Below, piece after piece: positions 1-13,570 of a stretch of 64,000 nucleotides of DNA. Every line of letters begins with the position of its first letter. Position 1 is the first letter of the stretch. The translations under genes were made by a program, and so were the position numbers. Source of the stretch: Octopus vulgaris (lineage: Eukaryota). The notes beneath the pieces were generated by a model that was not told the origin of the DNA, made no database searches, and was given only the letters and a program-made list of their open reading frames with translations. The stretch spans positions 32,736,001 to 32,800,000 of the forward strand of contig OX597825.1 of NCBI GenBank assembly GCA_951406725.2, read 5' to 3'.

Positions 1-338
1 CTATCTTTGTCTCTCTGTATTTATCCTTTCTATTTTCACTACAATAGTTTTCGTCTCCAGTACCATATACGATATTTATACCATTTAAGTCCAAGCCAGT
101 TTGAAGCTTCTACATTTTATCCTCTCCGCCATCGTTAATACAGTTACTCCTCATCCCATATCACTCTCTTTCTCCCGCTTATTCTCCTTACATGCATGTG
201 TGTGCGCGCGAGCGCGTGTGTGTCTGTACTTATACACTCATACACATACAACGAAGTGTTCTGCCCGAACGTAAATTTGTCATCATTCTCAAGACAAACA
301 CAAAATTACTTGGATTTGGTAAGTGAAAGCCCGTCGTA

Positions 339-416
<78 letters not shown>

Positions 417-446
417 TGTATGTATGTATGTATGTATTCTTGTATG

Positions 447-484
<38 letters not shown>

Positions 485-870
485 AGTAAATGGTGGGGTT
501 GTGTTGACACACAATTACCTCACTCTTTCAAAATATACACTACATTTTAACACATGCATCCTAATCCTCCAAATAAGTTTTTCCAAGGACTATTATTGAA
601 CTCTAAAAGCATAAAGACTCTACAATGTATTAGTATACTTATTTATTCATTTTTAGTATATATGTATTATTATTTTTTTTGAAAAACATTGCAAATTTCC
701 TTTTCCCCTTCCTCAATTTTTAAAAAAATTCCCCCTCCTAAATCTTGAAAATTTGCCTTGCAATGAAAGCCGTTTTGATTTATTATTTTTTCTTTTTTAA
801 TTTTTCATACACCTATTTTTATTAAAATCTACTTCAATTTAGCATTCTGCCTTATTATAATTTTTCCTCT

Positions 871-921
<51 letters not shown>

Positions 922-1066
922 TAAGCAATAAAGGGTTTGGCAAACCCTTTATTGCTTAGTATTACTTAAATTTTCCTCGAATGAGGCTTTTACATGCCGA
1001 AGACTACTTGGTGTAATTGATAATTATTCCAAATTAATTAATTTCACCCTTCATTATTACGGATAA

Positions 1067-1102
<36 letters not shown>

Positions 1103-1673
1103 TGTTTTTGAGGATCATTGCGTCAATAATTCAAAACGAAATACAGATGTCAGTATGTGTGTGTGCTATGTCAGTTTGTTTGCCAGTTTGTTTTGTCCGA
1201 AAATGGTTTACTTACATCCTCATAACTTAGCGGCTCATCACAAGGAACTTACAGAATAAGTACCAGACTTTAAAAAGAAATAAGTACAGCCGTCGATTTA
1301 TTCGACAAAAATCCTTCGGGATAGTGCCCTAGTATAGCTGCAAACTAGTGACTGAAGCAAGCAAAAGATATTACAAATGTATCAAGTACACGCATATTTT
1401 CATCTCCCCCGACAAAATACGAATCGAATCATTATACTCTCATGGTGTGTTTACGAAACAATTGTACAATTAAAATCCATCTTGTTGGTGTTTCGCCCCA
1501 ACAGAGCTCTAAATGAGTACATCTATGATCAAAATATATACTGACCATCCAGTAATTTTTTTTTTTTTTTGAAATATATATAACTGGATTGAGATTTTAT
1601 AAGCCCTAGGTTTCTGAACAGCCTCAGGATCCTAGTGATGTTTTTAATAAAATTTCGTTTAATATATGAAAGT

Positions 1674-1892
1674 GGAGGCTTAGTGGTTAAGGTGTCAGCA
1701 TCATGATTCCTGCACCGGGCAACGTGTTGTGTTCTTGAGCAAAACACTTCATTTCACGTTGCTCCAGTCCACTCATCTGGCAAAAATGAGTAACGCTGTG
1801 ATGGACTGGCGTCCCGTCCAGTTGGGGAACACATACACCATTGAAACCGGGAAACCGGGCCCATAAGCCTGGCTAGGCTTTAAAATGGCGCA
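1674..1892 (+). mobile_element. tRNA-derived SINE with V/CORE-like body (type D), head internally deleted
   Basis: A-box-like ttagtggttaagg, body tgttcttgagcaaaacacttcatttcacgttgctcc, tail gatggactggcgtcccgtccag...gaaaccgggaaaccggg; homologous copy at 62191-62410. Confidence 0.75.
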
Positions 1893-1897
1893 TTTGT

Positions 1898-2178
1898 GGA
1901 GGCGCAATGGCCCAGTGGTTAGGGCAGCGGACTCGCGGTCGAAGGATCGCGATTTCGATTCCCAGACAGGGCGTTGTGTGTGTTTATTGAGCGAAAACAC
2001 CTAAAAGCTCCACGAGGCTCCGGCAGAGGATGGTGACAACCCCTGTTGTACTCTTTCGCCACAACTTTCTCTCACTCTCTCTTCCTGCTTCTTGAGATAC
2101 GCTGCAATGGACTGGCATACGCCACAGAAACCGGGAAACCGGACCCACGAGCCTGGCTAGGCTTGAAAAGGGCGACGT
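1898..2178 (+). mobile_element. tRNA-derived SINE (type C head, type D tail)
   Basis: Head ggaggcgcaatggcccagtggttagggcagcggact...tttcgattccc with A/B boxes; same head at 54894 (+) and 63155 (-). Confidence 0.8.
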
Positions 2179-2790
2179 TTATAGTTAATATATCAAAGAC
2201 CTCAAACTATTAGAGTGTATCGTGGTATTTGTTTCCGGCTCAATATGTTCAGAGCTCAACTTCTTCCAAGGTCAGTCATGCTTTTCATCCCTTCGGAGTT
2301 GATGAAACAGTACTAATTCAGGAAGTGTGAGAACTTCAGATCGGATCCCTTCCAGTTCTTGTCTCTGTTCTTTGCGTTCTGTGTTCAGATTGTACTGTAG
2401 TTTACCTGGCTAACGGACTTAATCCGTCGCCTGGTTTTGTATCACCACCAGGTACCTCGGGTCCATTTATATAGAGAAGACACTTGCTTAAGGAGCAGTG
2501 CAGCCCAGTAGAACTGATCTCGAAAACGATGCGGTTGTAAAGCGAGCGTCTTAACCATACGTCGATGTCTGTGTCTGTTATTTGTTCATTTAATCTATTT
2601 AAACCTCCGCATAATACAGGTAAATCATAATAGACATCAACGAATGAACAAAAACAAAACAAATGAAAGAAGTGAGGAAGAAATACGAATAAAGAATAAA
2701 AAGAACAGGTGAATGTTTTTGTTGTTAAATATTTTCTGACTTCCATCATTTGGAAGAGATTTATGGTCGGTGGATTCTTGAAAATAACCA

Positions 2791-2830
<40 letters not shown>

Positions 2831-2959
2831 CGCGTGTGTGTTTGTGTGTGTGTGTGTGTGTGTTTGCGTGAGTGGGTGTGCGCACGTGCGTTTGTGCATA
2901 TGTATGTATGTACGTATCCCTGTATATCTGCATATGTGTATGCATAATATATGTATATA

Positions 2960-3000
<41 letters not shown>

Positions 3001-3310
3001 CTATATGTATATGTATGGATATGCATGCATATATATATATATGTATGAAAAACAAGAACGAAAATGTTACTTTCTTAAAACTGGGTACATTTTAATTTTC
3101 CTTTTACATGTTTCGTTTTTTGAAAAACCTTATCAAAAATATTTACTAAAATGGAATGTGTAAGGAGAAGAGAACTATTAAAAAAATTAAATTAAATTAA
3201 AATTAAAATTAACATTCTTAGTTTACTTTCCTTTTTCCTGCAAGAACATGTGATAATATCCTTTAGTTCTAGTAGCATGACAAATTCAATTGACTGTGAC
3301 CGCAAATTAC

Positions 3311-3387
<77 letters not shown>

Positions 3388-3792
3388 GAGTGGCTGTATG
3401 GTAAGTAGCTTGCTTGTGAATCAAATTGTTCCGGGTTCAGTACCACTGCGTGACATCTTAGGCACATGTCTTCTACTATAGCCTCGGGTCGACCAAAGCA
3501 TTGTGAGTGGACTTGGTAGACGGAAACTGAAAGAAGCCTGTCGTGTATATGTATATATATATGTATGTGTGTATATGTTTGTGTGTCTGTGTTTTTCCCC
3601 CCAACATCGCTTGATAACCGATGCTGGTGTGATTACGTCTCCGTAACTTAGCGGTTCGGCAAAAGAGACCGATAGAATAAGTACTAGGCTTACAAAGAAT
3701 AAGTTCTGGGGTCGATTTGCGCGACTAAAGGCAGTGTTCCAGCATGGCCACAGTCACATGACTGAAACAAGTAAAAGAGTAAAAAAAGGAGT
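3388..3792 (+). mobile_element. Near full-length tRNA-derived SINE (type A, resembles octopus SINEs)
   Basis: tggctgtatggtaag A box, ccgggttcagtacc B box, internal (TA/TG)n, tail gactgaaacaagtaaaagag; more than 10 homologous copies in the window. Confidence 0.85.
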
Positions 3793-3976
3793 ATATATAT
3801 ATATATATATGGTCACTGCTGCTACTGCCATTTCGGCCACTGGTCATTTCCTTTTTTATTCGAACACATAAGACAGCTATTATGCTTACTCACCACAAAA
3901 AAACCACAACGTGGATTCTGTTGAGACCTGTAAGAAACAATTATGAACTTTTTTATTACACTAAACTTTTTTAAAT

Positions 3977-4022
3977 ATTTTTGATAAGGTTCGTTTTTTC
4001 AAGAAGAACCGAAACGTAAAAT
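3977..4022 (+). ncRNA. Degenerate type I hammerhead ribozyme motif
   Basis: attt-TTGATAA-ggttc...gaacc-GAAAC-GTA-aaat; stems I and II intact, core differs from CUGAUGA by two transitions. Confidence 0.5.
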
Positions 4023-4145
4023 TTCTAAGAAAATTAAAATTTATCTTATATAGTGGCGTTTTCAAACTTTTTTATAAATATATACTCACCCGTATATGAC
4101 CAACAATTATTATAAATACACACACACACACATATATATATATAC

Positions 4146-4218
<73 letters not shown>

Positions 4219-4609
4219 GAAAGCAAGAGAGAATGGGGAAGAATCATAGCGGCTACTATTGGTTTTCAATTGAAGAATGTATATTGTGTTCAGTCACCAT
4301 GCTTATAGTACGAAGTAGTAGAGGTTTATGTTGGCGTATGTACTAGTAAGTTTATGAAGGGGGTAGGAGAGTGGAGGAAGAGGAAAAAAGATTTTTTTAA
4401 TTGTAAGGAAAATACAGAGAGAAGTATGTAAATGACAATAAGGAATTAAAGGGAAGATATATTGTTTGTTTAATATATAGTGGTAGTGAGGGTAGATAAG
4501 AGTGAAAATTTATGATCTGAAAGACAGGATGTTTGTCATCTGCAGCTGCATAGGTTTGTAGGGGGTGTTCCGGGTGAACTTGTGAAGAGATTTAGTGAGG
4601 AACCGGTGT

Positions 4610-4652
<43 letters not shown>

Positions 4653-4688
4653 TGTATGTATGGTTATATATAGGTTATATATACATAC

Positions 4689-4740
<52 letters not shown>

Positions 4741-6104
4741 ATAAATATATATTATGTGTGTATAAATATATGCATTTGTATGCATGTACGAATGCATGTA
4801 TATGTAGAAGCATATGAATCCGACCGTTTTTTGTCTTTTACGGCCAATAAAGTAAGAGCCAGTGAAAATGCATTATCGACGAAAAGCCCCTGGGAAGAGG
4901 TACCAACAGGTTACAATCGAATTACTGAAGCTAGGTACAGAATATAAGTGTAAATGAACGTAATGAAGTAAATTACGTTATCCTTAGTTCATAGTTTATA
5001 ACATTGGCCCTCTGACCAAACACAAGAGCACAATGTATAATGTATTAACATAATTCAACAACAATATTGCTGTTAACAAGCTAATTATTTTAACGTACAC
5101 TGCTTAATGGATAGAATTCCGAATTTTTTAAATCAAGTGCAATGCACCAACGTAACTGAATGTTGTTTATATCACTCATTCTTATCTTTAGTTCCGATGT
5201 TGATTTTGATGTTTTTGTGTTTCCCAAACGGTACACAAACAGGTGATATGCGATGTGGTATTACATTCAGAAGTGCACTTGTGTCGTTACGCCGAGGTTA
5301 ACTTTGCTTGTTATCTTTTATGGTTCGATTTAATAAGGTAGCAATCTAGTACTGGGGTCGAAGTAGTCGACTAAGTCTGTCCGTTTAAACTACTGGCCTG
5401 GAGCTAAAATTTGAATCCATTTGTGACGGAGGTGTTAAGAAATACATTTAACCATAAATCGAAACTTGCTCGATAAATTTACATAACTGTATAGCTTTCG
5501 GGCGCTCGTTACTTCTTGACTTACATTAGAAGGAACATAAAAACAAAACAGATACGAAACTATGATCTATTATTAAAGATTAACTTTATTATTTCCACTA
5601 CTTCTTGAAGCTATTTTTCTGTTCGTATGTAGTTTGTGATTGAGTTGAACAAATTTAGCTTTGTCAGGATTAACCTGGCATCTGCTTCTACTTTTAGGAT
5701 ACACTTTACGACTTAATGCCGAGTGATTAACCGGATCAAAATCAATTTTATCACAAATCCTAGCTCTGACACAAGCTTTGGCTTGCTAACTTTAGAATAA
5801 TTTCTGAATTGCAACAGTAGTAACAACAGCAGCAGCAGCAGTACAACAGATGTGATTTGGTAAATAATCAAAACCGATTCCATGCCACGAGAAGAATATT
5901 TATAATGAATTGTCTCTGTTTCCAATGAAGTAATTCCGTTGGCTGTTTTACTCTCAACTTGGCAAAATTTATTACATTTTGTTTGTTTCATTTTTTTCTT
6001 TAGCATTTGTTTTTGTCTTTTTTGTTCTTTCCTTCTGTATCTACTTAGTTCCTGCTCTTGTCGCTTCATGAAATAGAAATAGATGTTTATACAGTCACCT
6101 CTAT

Positions 6105-6135
<31 letters not shown>

Positions 6136-7542
6136 CTCTCATCATCTCTCTCTGCACACATGCATGCATATACATAATACATACATACATACATACCTTA
6201 TATATATATATTGTGTGTGTGTGTGTGTGTATGTGTATATACATACTCAACACCATGTATTTAATACATTTTTCTCCGTTCGTAACTATTTCTATGTATG
6301 TTTATGCGAGCGTATGTGCGTGTTCGTGTGCGCATGTGTATGATATTCTTATCAAGCTACGCATTTAAATAAATATAATTTTATTTATCTTCATATATGT
6401 GAACATATATATATATATATATATATATATACACGTGCATACACACACACACCACGCAGAACACACACACATACACACACACATAAATATATGCGCATAT
6501 GTATGCGTATTGTTCTCTGTATACGCATCTAAACTATTATGTTACATGCTATAGTTTTTATTGAGTAGCTTATAATTTCCCGCTAAGATGTACTTCTCAG
6601 CCAAGCAAAGATTACAATTTTCTGCCATTCTCAGTGTAAGCTTTGGCAGCATCTATCAGAGTCCATTTTATTACAGCTTATGTTATATACGCAAGTTTTC
6701 TTTTATTGACCAAATACGTTTGCATTTAAGCTGTAATTACTTCTTTAATGTGATCGAAGAATCTAGTTCTCGGTATATAATAATAGCTTTTAAGTTATTC
6801 TTCTGTTGGTTCCTTGTTTAACATTATTTGATGTAACCATAACACGATAAACAATATTCTGCTCTTAAACCTTTGCCATTAAGTAAATAGTCGCAAAGAT
6901 TATTACATTTGGATTTTGAAGTTGTTTTACGGATTACCCTTTGGTTTTGTTCAGTAACAATATTACAACTTCTGATTTACTACTATAGCTGACCTTTACG
7001 TTATTCTATTAAATACTTAACAATCCTTATTTTAATTGGCAGCTAAGACAATAGATTGGCAGCATCGTTACAAATTCCATCAAATTATTTTGTGGTATTT
7101 ATGTGCGTTCCCGCCTATTACGAGGTCGAACCTCACTAGAGTTGATTTCGCTTTCCATCTTCTCGGATTTGATTTTAAAATAAGTAGCAAATATAATCTG
7201 ATGGCAGTCAAATAAGCTACAATCGTCTCCCACATTTGTTGTGCTTAGACTAAAATTTATTGTGGTGACACTATTATTAGTGTCCTTGTAATGCCCCACT
7301 CGTCTGATGGCCATATAAAAGGAGGTGGTAAAATCATTAGAGCATCAGTGAACATGATTTACGGTATTTTTCCGACTGTTTAGATTCTGAGTTCAAATTT
7401 TACCGTTCGCTTTTCACTCCTCCGGGGTCAATAATGTAGGGTGGTACTCACATACTGGGGTCGATGAGATCGACTAATCCACTACCATCAAAAATCATCT
7501 GGCCTTGTGGCTAAATCAATAACCATCGTTGTTGTTGTTATT

Positions 7543-7629
<87 letters not shown>

Positions 7630-7689
7630 ATTATTATTACTTTGGTTTGGCTCAGGCCGGTCTTATTGCTGCCAGGAATTATATTATTA

Positions 7690-8290
7690 TTACAATTATC
7701 ACTATTTGATGAAAACTCACACCTTATTTTGCTGGATATGATGGAATGTGCCATTGACCACAGCCAGCAGACTAAGATGACACATGTTTAGTCGTCATGC
7801 TTCAAGAACCCTGCGAAGAATTTTTGCAATTCCAAGCAATGCTGTTTTTGTAGGTGTTCTGCCTTCACACTTGCACCGATCTTTTTCAGCCATGTTGGTA
7901 GTTGAGTGCTGATACTTCCAAATGCGCCAATTACTATTGGTATCACGTCTACTCTCCTCATTGACCACAACCTTCGTATTTCCCGCTTCAAATCGTCGTA
8001 GTTGTTTATTTGTTTCTTTCTCTTTTATCCTGTTGTCATTGGGGCATGCTATGTCGATTATCATGCACGTTCTTTCTTTTTTTATTCACCACAACAATGT
8101 CCAGTTTCCGATGCCTGGTCGAGTGCACGCACTGAATCATTGCATCCCACAGGATTTTGCAGTCTTCATCCTCAGTGTCTCCTGTGATTTTCTCATACAA
8201 TGTCTTTGCTCTTTGTAAACCGTGTTTTCCACAGAACTTCCAAAGAATCATTCTTGTCACACTGTCATGTTGTCATTTGTATTCGCGTTG
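7690..8290 (-). mobile_element. R4/Dong-type non-LTR retrotransposon 3' fragment (restriction-like endonuclease domain), frameshifted
   Basis: Joined ORFs read ILWDAMIQC..RHRKLDIVVV..IIDIACPNDNRIKEKE..LWSMRRVDVIPIVIGAFG..KTALLGIAKILRRVL, the typical REL C-terminus. Confidence 0.85.
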
Positions 8291-8329
8291 TGTCGATTTC
8301 AGGTATTCGTTAACGATTTATTTTATCAT

Positions 8330-8567
8330 TATTTTAGTTTGGCTCAGGTTCGGTCTTATTCCTGGTAAGAATTATGTGAATAGCAGGTTACTACCTGTAA
8401 CCTTAGGTATCTACAAGTTTCAGCAGTCTTTCTTGTTCTTAGAACCCTCCTGATAATCCTTGCTGAAAGACAAACTTTCTGGGCATTCTGTTTCAATCTT
8501 CCTCAGCTTACTGTTCCCAACGCACCAATTATTATAGGCACCACCTTTACTGTTAGCATGCTCCAAA

Positions 8568-8568
<1 letters not shown>
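8330..8568 (-). mobile_element. Second R4/Dong-type 3' fragment, 5'-truncated at an (AAT)n array
   Basis: IWSMLTVKVVPIIIGALGTVS..QKVCL..ARIIRRVL; its 3' tail (ttggctcagg..tcttatt on +) recurs at 7640-7680. Confidence 0.75.
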
Positions 8569-8663
<95 letters not shown>

Positions 8664-8665
8664 TA

Positions 8666-8878
8666 AGGTGGCTAGCTAGCAGAATCGTTAGCACGCCGGG
8701 AAAAGTGCTTAGCGGTATTTTGTCCGTCTTTATGTTCTGAGTTTAAATTTCTCTGTGGTCGACTTTGCCTTTCAACAATTCGGGGTCGATAAAATAAGTA
8801 CCAGTTGAGCACTGAGGTCGATATAATCGACTTGCCCCTTCCCACAAAATTTCAGGCCTTGTGCCTATAGTAGAAAGG

Positions 8879-8880
<2 letters not shown>
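8666..8880 (+). mobile_element. SINE type B with Nin/Deu-like central domain; further copies at about 7030, 7320, 8925, 9095, 10110, 25120, 28750, 28965, 35595 and 46540
   Basis: gcagaatcgttagcacgccggg...ggtcgactttgcctttc...ggggtcgataaaataagtaccag...tcaggccttgtgcc, followed by (TTA)n. Confidence 0.8.
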
Positions 8881-8924
<44 letters not shown>

Positions 8925-10684
8925 TGCGGGCTGGCAGAATCGTTTGCATGCTAGAAAAATGTTTACTTGTATTTCGTCTATCTACGAAATACTAGTGAAT
9001 CACTAGGGGTCGATATCGACTGATCCCCTCCTACAAAACTTCAGGCCTTGTGCTTTTAGTAGAAAGGTATTATTATTGTTGTTGTTGTTGTTGTAGCCGG
9101 CAAAATGCTTAACGGAAGTTCATCCGTCTTCACGTTCTCGGTTTAAATTCCTCCAAGGTCGACTTTGCCTTTTATCCTTTCAATCTTCATAAAATAAGTA
9201 CCAGTTGGACACTGGAGATTGATGTAATCCATAAGCCCTCTCCTCCAAAATGTTAGGCTTTCTGCCTATGGTAGGAAAAGATTATTATTACTGGCATTGT
9301 TGTCGTTGTTGCTGTGGTTGTTGTTGCTATAACGATAATTCTTAATGATTTGTGTGATGCCAATTGTCTCTTTAGTTTTATATTATAGAGAATTAGTTAA
9401 GGAGATCTGGGAGGTCATACACACGACTATTGGATGTTTCAAAAAATGCTTTAAGAATATCTTCTAACACATTCAAATATCCTATTAATGCTATTTTAAG
9501 ACGCTTCCTTCTATCTACACTTAACAGTAACTTATCGATATCTTCCAACAAGTGATTGTGCATCTATTCCCATTGTAACAGCTTATAAATGGGATAATGG
9601 ATACAGTTCTTACATACTATAATGCTTTCAATTCAATAAATACCTAAGTTAGTGTTATTCCTTAGCTTTTCTGTTCGTTTCTGCACATTATAATCATTTG
9701 GTATTACATTATATCAATTATTAATGCGTTATTGTCATTCATTTCGTAGAAATTAATGTCAGTTTGTGTTCTAAATGGTGGTTCGACTGAATACAATAAT
9801 TCCAAGAGGATCCTTGGTATAATTTCCTAAGAATACCATATATGTTTTTCTTTACGAAGCTCAAAGTAAGAATATATAGAAAAGTTATTAATACGCGGTT
9901 ATATGTCGAAATTTATTTTCTAGAAGCTACAACTTGACATCCTGACTCAGAATGGGATACTGTTGCAGAAAACAAACCAAAGGAACAACATTTGTCATTT
10001 ATATCTAAGGAATGGTAAAATCCTTTTCAATAAATTGAATGATGATTACATGGTGCTGTTGTTGTTGTTGTTTACAAAATTGGAAGATGTTAAAAAGAAA
10101 GAAAAGGTGTCAGGCTGGAAGAATTATTACAGCGTCGGACAAAATGCTGAGTGGCATTTCTTCCGGCTTCTTACAGTCTGAGTTCAAATCCCGCTGAGGT
10201 CAACTTTGCTTTTCTTCCTTTCAGGGACGATAAAATAAAGTCTCCAGTTGAGTTCTGTGATCGACGGAATCGGTTACCCATCCTCTTCGCATATGCTGGC
10301 CTTTTGCGAAAATTAGAAATAACTATTATTGTTGTCACTGCCGTGGTTGATGTTGCTGCTGCTGCTGCTGCGGCTGCCGTTGTTTGGTTGTTGCTGCAGC
10401 TGCTGTTGTTGTTGCTTCTAATCCTGTTCTTGTTTTTGTTGTTCAAATCCAGTTCAATGCCCGATGTAGAGGCGTGGTTAGAGTGTTAGAAAAAAATGCT
10501 TCTCGGTATATATTCCTATCATCAAATCTCGCGGAGATCAACTTTACCTTTGATCCTTTCAGAATCGATTTTTAAAATATCTACCAGTCTAAGACGGTTG
10601 ATTAGCGCAAATGCAAGAACATCTGACTGCAAGCCTTGCAATATTTCTTCCGGCTCTTTGTGGTCCAGTTCCTCTGTAACTTAC

Positions 10685-10837
10685 TTGGCTGGTAGACTTA
10701 ATCGGTCACCTGGTTTAAGACCACCATTTGGCATCTTCTTCAGTGTCTTTAGCGATGTCCATTCTGTTGCAAGTATTCGAACCAGGTTCTCAAATAAAGG
10801 GATTCTTTCATCCTCTCTCCCTTCAGTCTTGCAGGTC
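10685..10837 (-). other. Candidate 153-nt frame-preserving exon, or a decayed RTE LINE 3' end
   Basis: atttacag|G...AA|GTAAGT; 50 open codons TCKTEGREDERIPLFENLVRILATEWTSLKTLKKMPNGGLKPGDRLSLPA; weak polypyrimidine tract. Confidence 0.3.
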
Positions 10838-11345
10838 CTGTAAATGGTCGTGGGAGCTGCTACTTCTTTTTAACTAAAAGAACAAAAAGGAAATTCTATT
10901 CGTGACCACCCTGTCATTTTTGGAGCAAAAATAATTTATCAAGAACTTTGTCCAGTGTGCCCTTTTTTCATACGACATTGCAGTAGGATTTAAGGGTAAT
11001 TTGACGGGTTACTTTGTTCCTGTTCTTGCACTAGCTTTTCCTTTTATGTCTTCTTATTTAGTTTTTTTCGTCTAGGCCAAAGAGTGTTTTATATTTATAT
11101 AGCATGTTTACGTCCTAAATTCATATTACGTCGGGGTCAACTTTGCCCTTTCGGGGTGGATAAAATACAATACTAGTGAAATACTAGGCTGATAGAATCA
11201 ACTAAACCTCACAATTAAAAAATTACTGACTTTGTAATTTTGAATTATGACCTAACTAGAAGCAACTATTTTATCTGCTCTTCCCTCAGAATATTTCTGC
11301 TTGCTGATGCCAATTTTTAGTTAATTTCGTGTTCATGTTGTAATA

Positions 11346-12375
11346 TTAGGTCGGAAAGAAAGTTCTATCGCTCTTCAAGATGAGGAAAAAAAAAAACAAA
11401 TACTTTTTCAGTCTTAATTGATATATCTAATCAGGATCAAATTTTCCTTTATTATTAATTACCTAGTCCCATCTATTTGGCAAATTGTCGATCACTCGGT
11501 TGTAAAATACTTCAGCTTTCGAAGCAAACAGACACTCAATATCATTTATAAACCTTTCAAAATCAATAAACTGTTTTCCTTCTATATGATGTTGCAACGA
11601 CCTGAAGAGATAATAGTCAGATGAAACAAGGTCAAGAGAGTAAAGAGGACGATGCAGAGCATCCATATTTAGTGACATAATCTTTTCCTGAGTGACTCGG
11701 GCAATACGTGGTTTTGCATTGTTGTTTAAAAGTAACAACCATTTTCTATAGACTCGCGATGGATTCCCCCTTTTCATTGACTGTAAATCATTGTTGTTGT
11801 CATTGAATATGATTATAGAGAGCCTGACGAGCAGAGGGCAAACCTTTGATGAAGCTGAGGTGCAGACAGATGAAGAGGAACCCACTGACCAAGTTTAGAT
11901 ACTTTTTCTGGTTCATGAAATTCTTTATGATCAAAGTGTGACTTGAATTGAACATTTTTGCTAATTCTCGTATAGTTTGCTTTGGATTTTTATCAGCTAC
12001 GGTCATCGGCAGTTCAATATTCATAGAACTTTGTCGTTTAGATTATGGGAAATCTACGAGAAAATAACATTCCCGAACGGAAGAGGCCAAACCATAGTCA
12101 AAGCCTCGTTTCAATGGACAGAACGAATATTTCTTGTTGCTTCAATTGCTGAAGAAAACGTTTTGAATTCATACAAAATGCAATGCCTGGTACTGGTCTG
12201 ATCTAAACGCATTTTAAAAGTGTAAAATCGATAAAAATTTAACTATTATGGTTCAATCCGTAAAGAAAGAAATTTGCAAAGAAAGAAAAAAGAACATTAG
12301 AATTTAAAGAGTAATGCTTATTTTGCCTCAAGGTCATCGTGTCGAAAATGCGACATAACTTTATTTCCAACCTAA
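11346..12375 (-). mobile_element. Internally deleted mariner (DD34D-type) transposon with transposase pseudogene
   Basis: Imperfect TIRs ttaggtcggaaagaaagttctatcgc / rc ttaggttggaaataaagttatgtcgc, TA on the left; N-terminal RHCILYEF..AIEATRNI; NNNAKPR (HDNARPH) and HRPLYSLDLVSSDYYLFRSLQ (HPPYSPDLAPSDYHLF). Confidence 0.92.
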
Positions 12376-12850
12376 GACGTTATCTTATTAACTAATACAA
12401 CCAGTAAAATGGGATAAAATCATATTTTGGCAAGTGTCTTCTGCTATGGTTCCTGGAGCGAGCGAAGCCTTGTGAGTGGATTTGGATAACTGAAAGAATC
12501 TTGTCATATACGTTTGTATGCATAAGCATATATCTGTATGTGTATTTATTTATATCTGTCCAACCACCACCACCTGACAAGCAGTGTTAGTTTGTTCACG
12601 TCGGTATATTTAGCTGTTCTGCAAAAGAGACTGATAGAATAAGTACCAAACCTTTAAAAATATGAACTGGGTGGAGGGGTGGATTCACTCGACTAAAATC
12701 CTTCAAGACGGTGACCCAGCACGGGCTGGTAAAATAAGTACCAGACAAGTGCTGAGGTCGAAGTTTTCTACTTACCCCGCCCCTAAAAATCTACTGGCCT
12801 TGTGCCAAAATTTGAAGCATTTTTTATTATTATCATCATCATCATCATCA

Positions 12851-12906
<56 letters not shown>

Positions 12907-13246
12907 GAGTGAGTGAGAGAGCAATGCATGCCATCAAAGTAACACTGGGGTAAAATATACGATGCCCAGCATACCCTTCATGACTAACCGTCTGATAAGA
13001 GGACACCAGGCACATGCATCACAACCATTTGTGCGCGACATGGTGATCTCATATCAAGATAAACAGCACATGACCTTGCAAGTGGGGCCCAGTTAGAATT
13101 TTCCTCTGGTCGAGTAACCCATCCCGCTCAAAAGGTCCCTGAATAAGGGTTGTTTAAGGATGTTGAACGAAACACCCAACTTTCCAGAAGTGAATTATTC
13201 AAACCCCAAAGAATCCCTCTTAACACATGGCTTTGATGCCCCCCAC

Positions 13247-13247
<1 letters not shown>
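12907..13247. mobile_element. Non-coding 340-bp insertion splitting a (TTA)n array
   Basis: Complex sequence flanked directly by (TTA)n on both sides; no credible ORF; sub-terminal catcaaag/ctttgatg inverted motif. Confidence 0.55.
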
Positions 13248-13306
<59 letters not shown>

Positions 13307-13310
13307 GTTA

Positions 13311-13386
<76 letters not shown>

Positions 13387-13411
13387 CGTCATTATTATTA
13401 TTATTATTATC

Positions 13412-13449
<38 letters not shown>

Positions 13450-13471
13450 CATCATCATCATCATCATCATC

Positions 13472-13521
<50 letters not shown>

Positions 13522-13535
13522 CATTATTATCATCA

Positions 13536-13570
<35 letters not shown>
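13248..13570. repeat. (TTA/TCA)n compound microsatellite
   Basis: Direct inspection; similar arrays at 7527-7640, 8568-8663, 12824-12906, 16605-16940, 19117-19183. Confidence 0.97.

Noticed and set aside
1898-1970. tRNA gene calls at 1898, 54894 and 63155
   Set aside because: A/B boxes are present but they continue into SINE bodies and lack a proper acceptor stem
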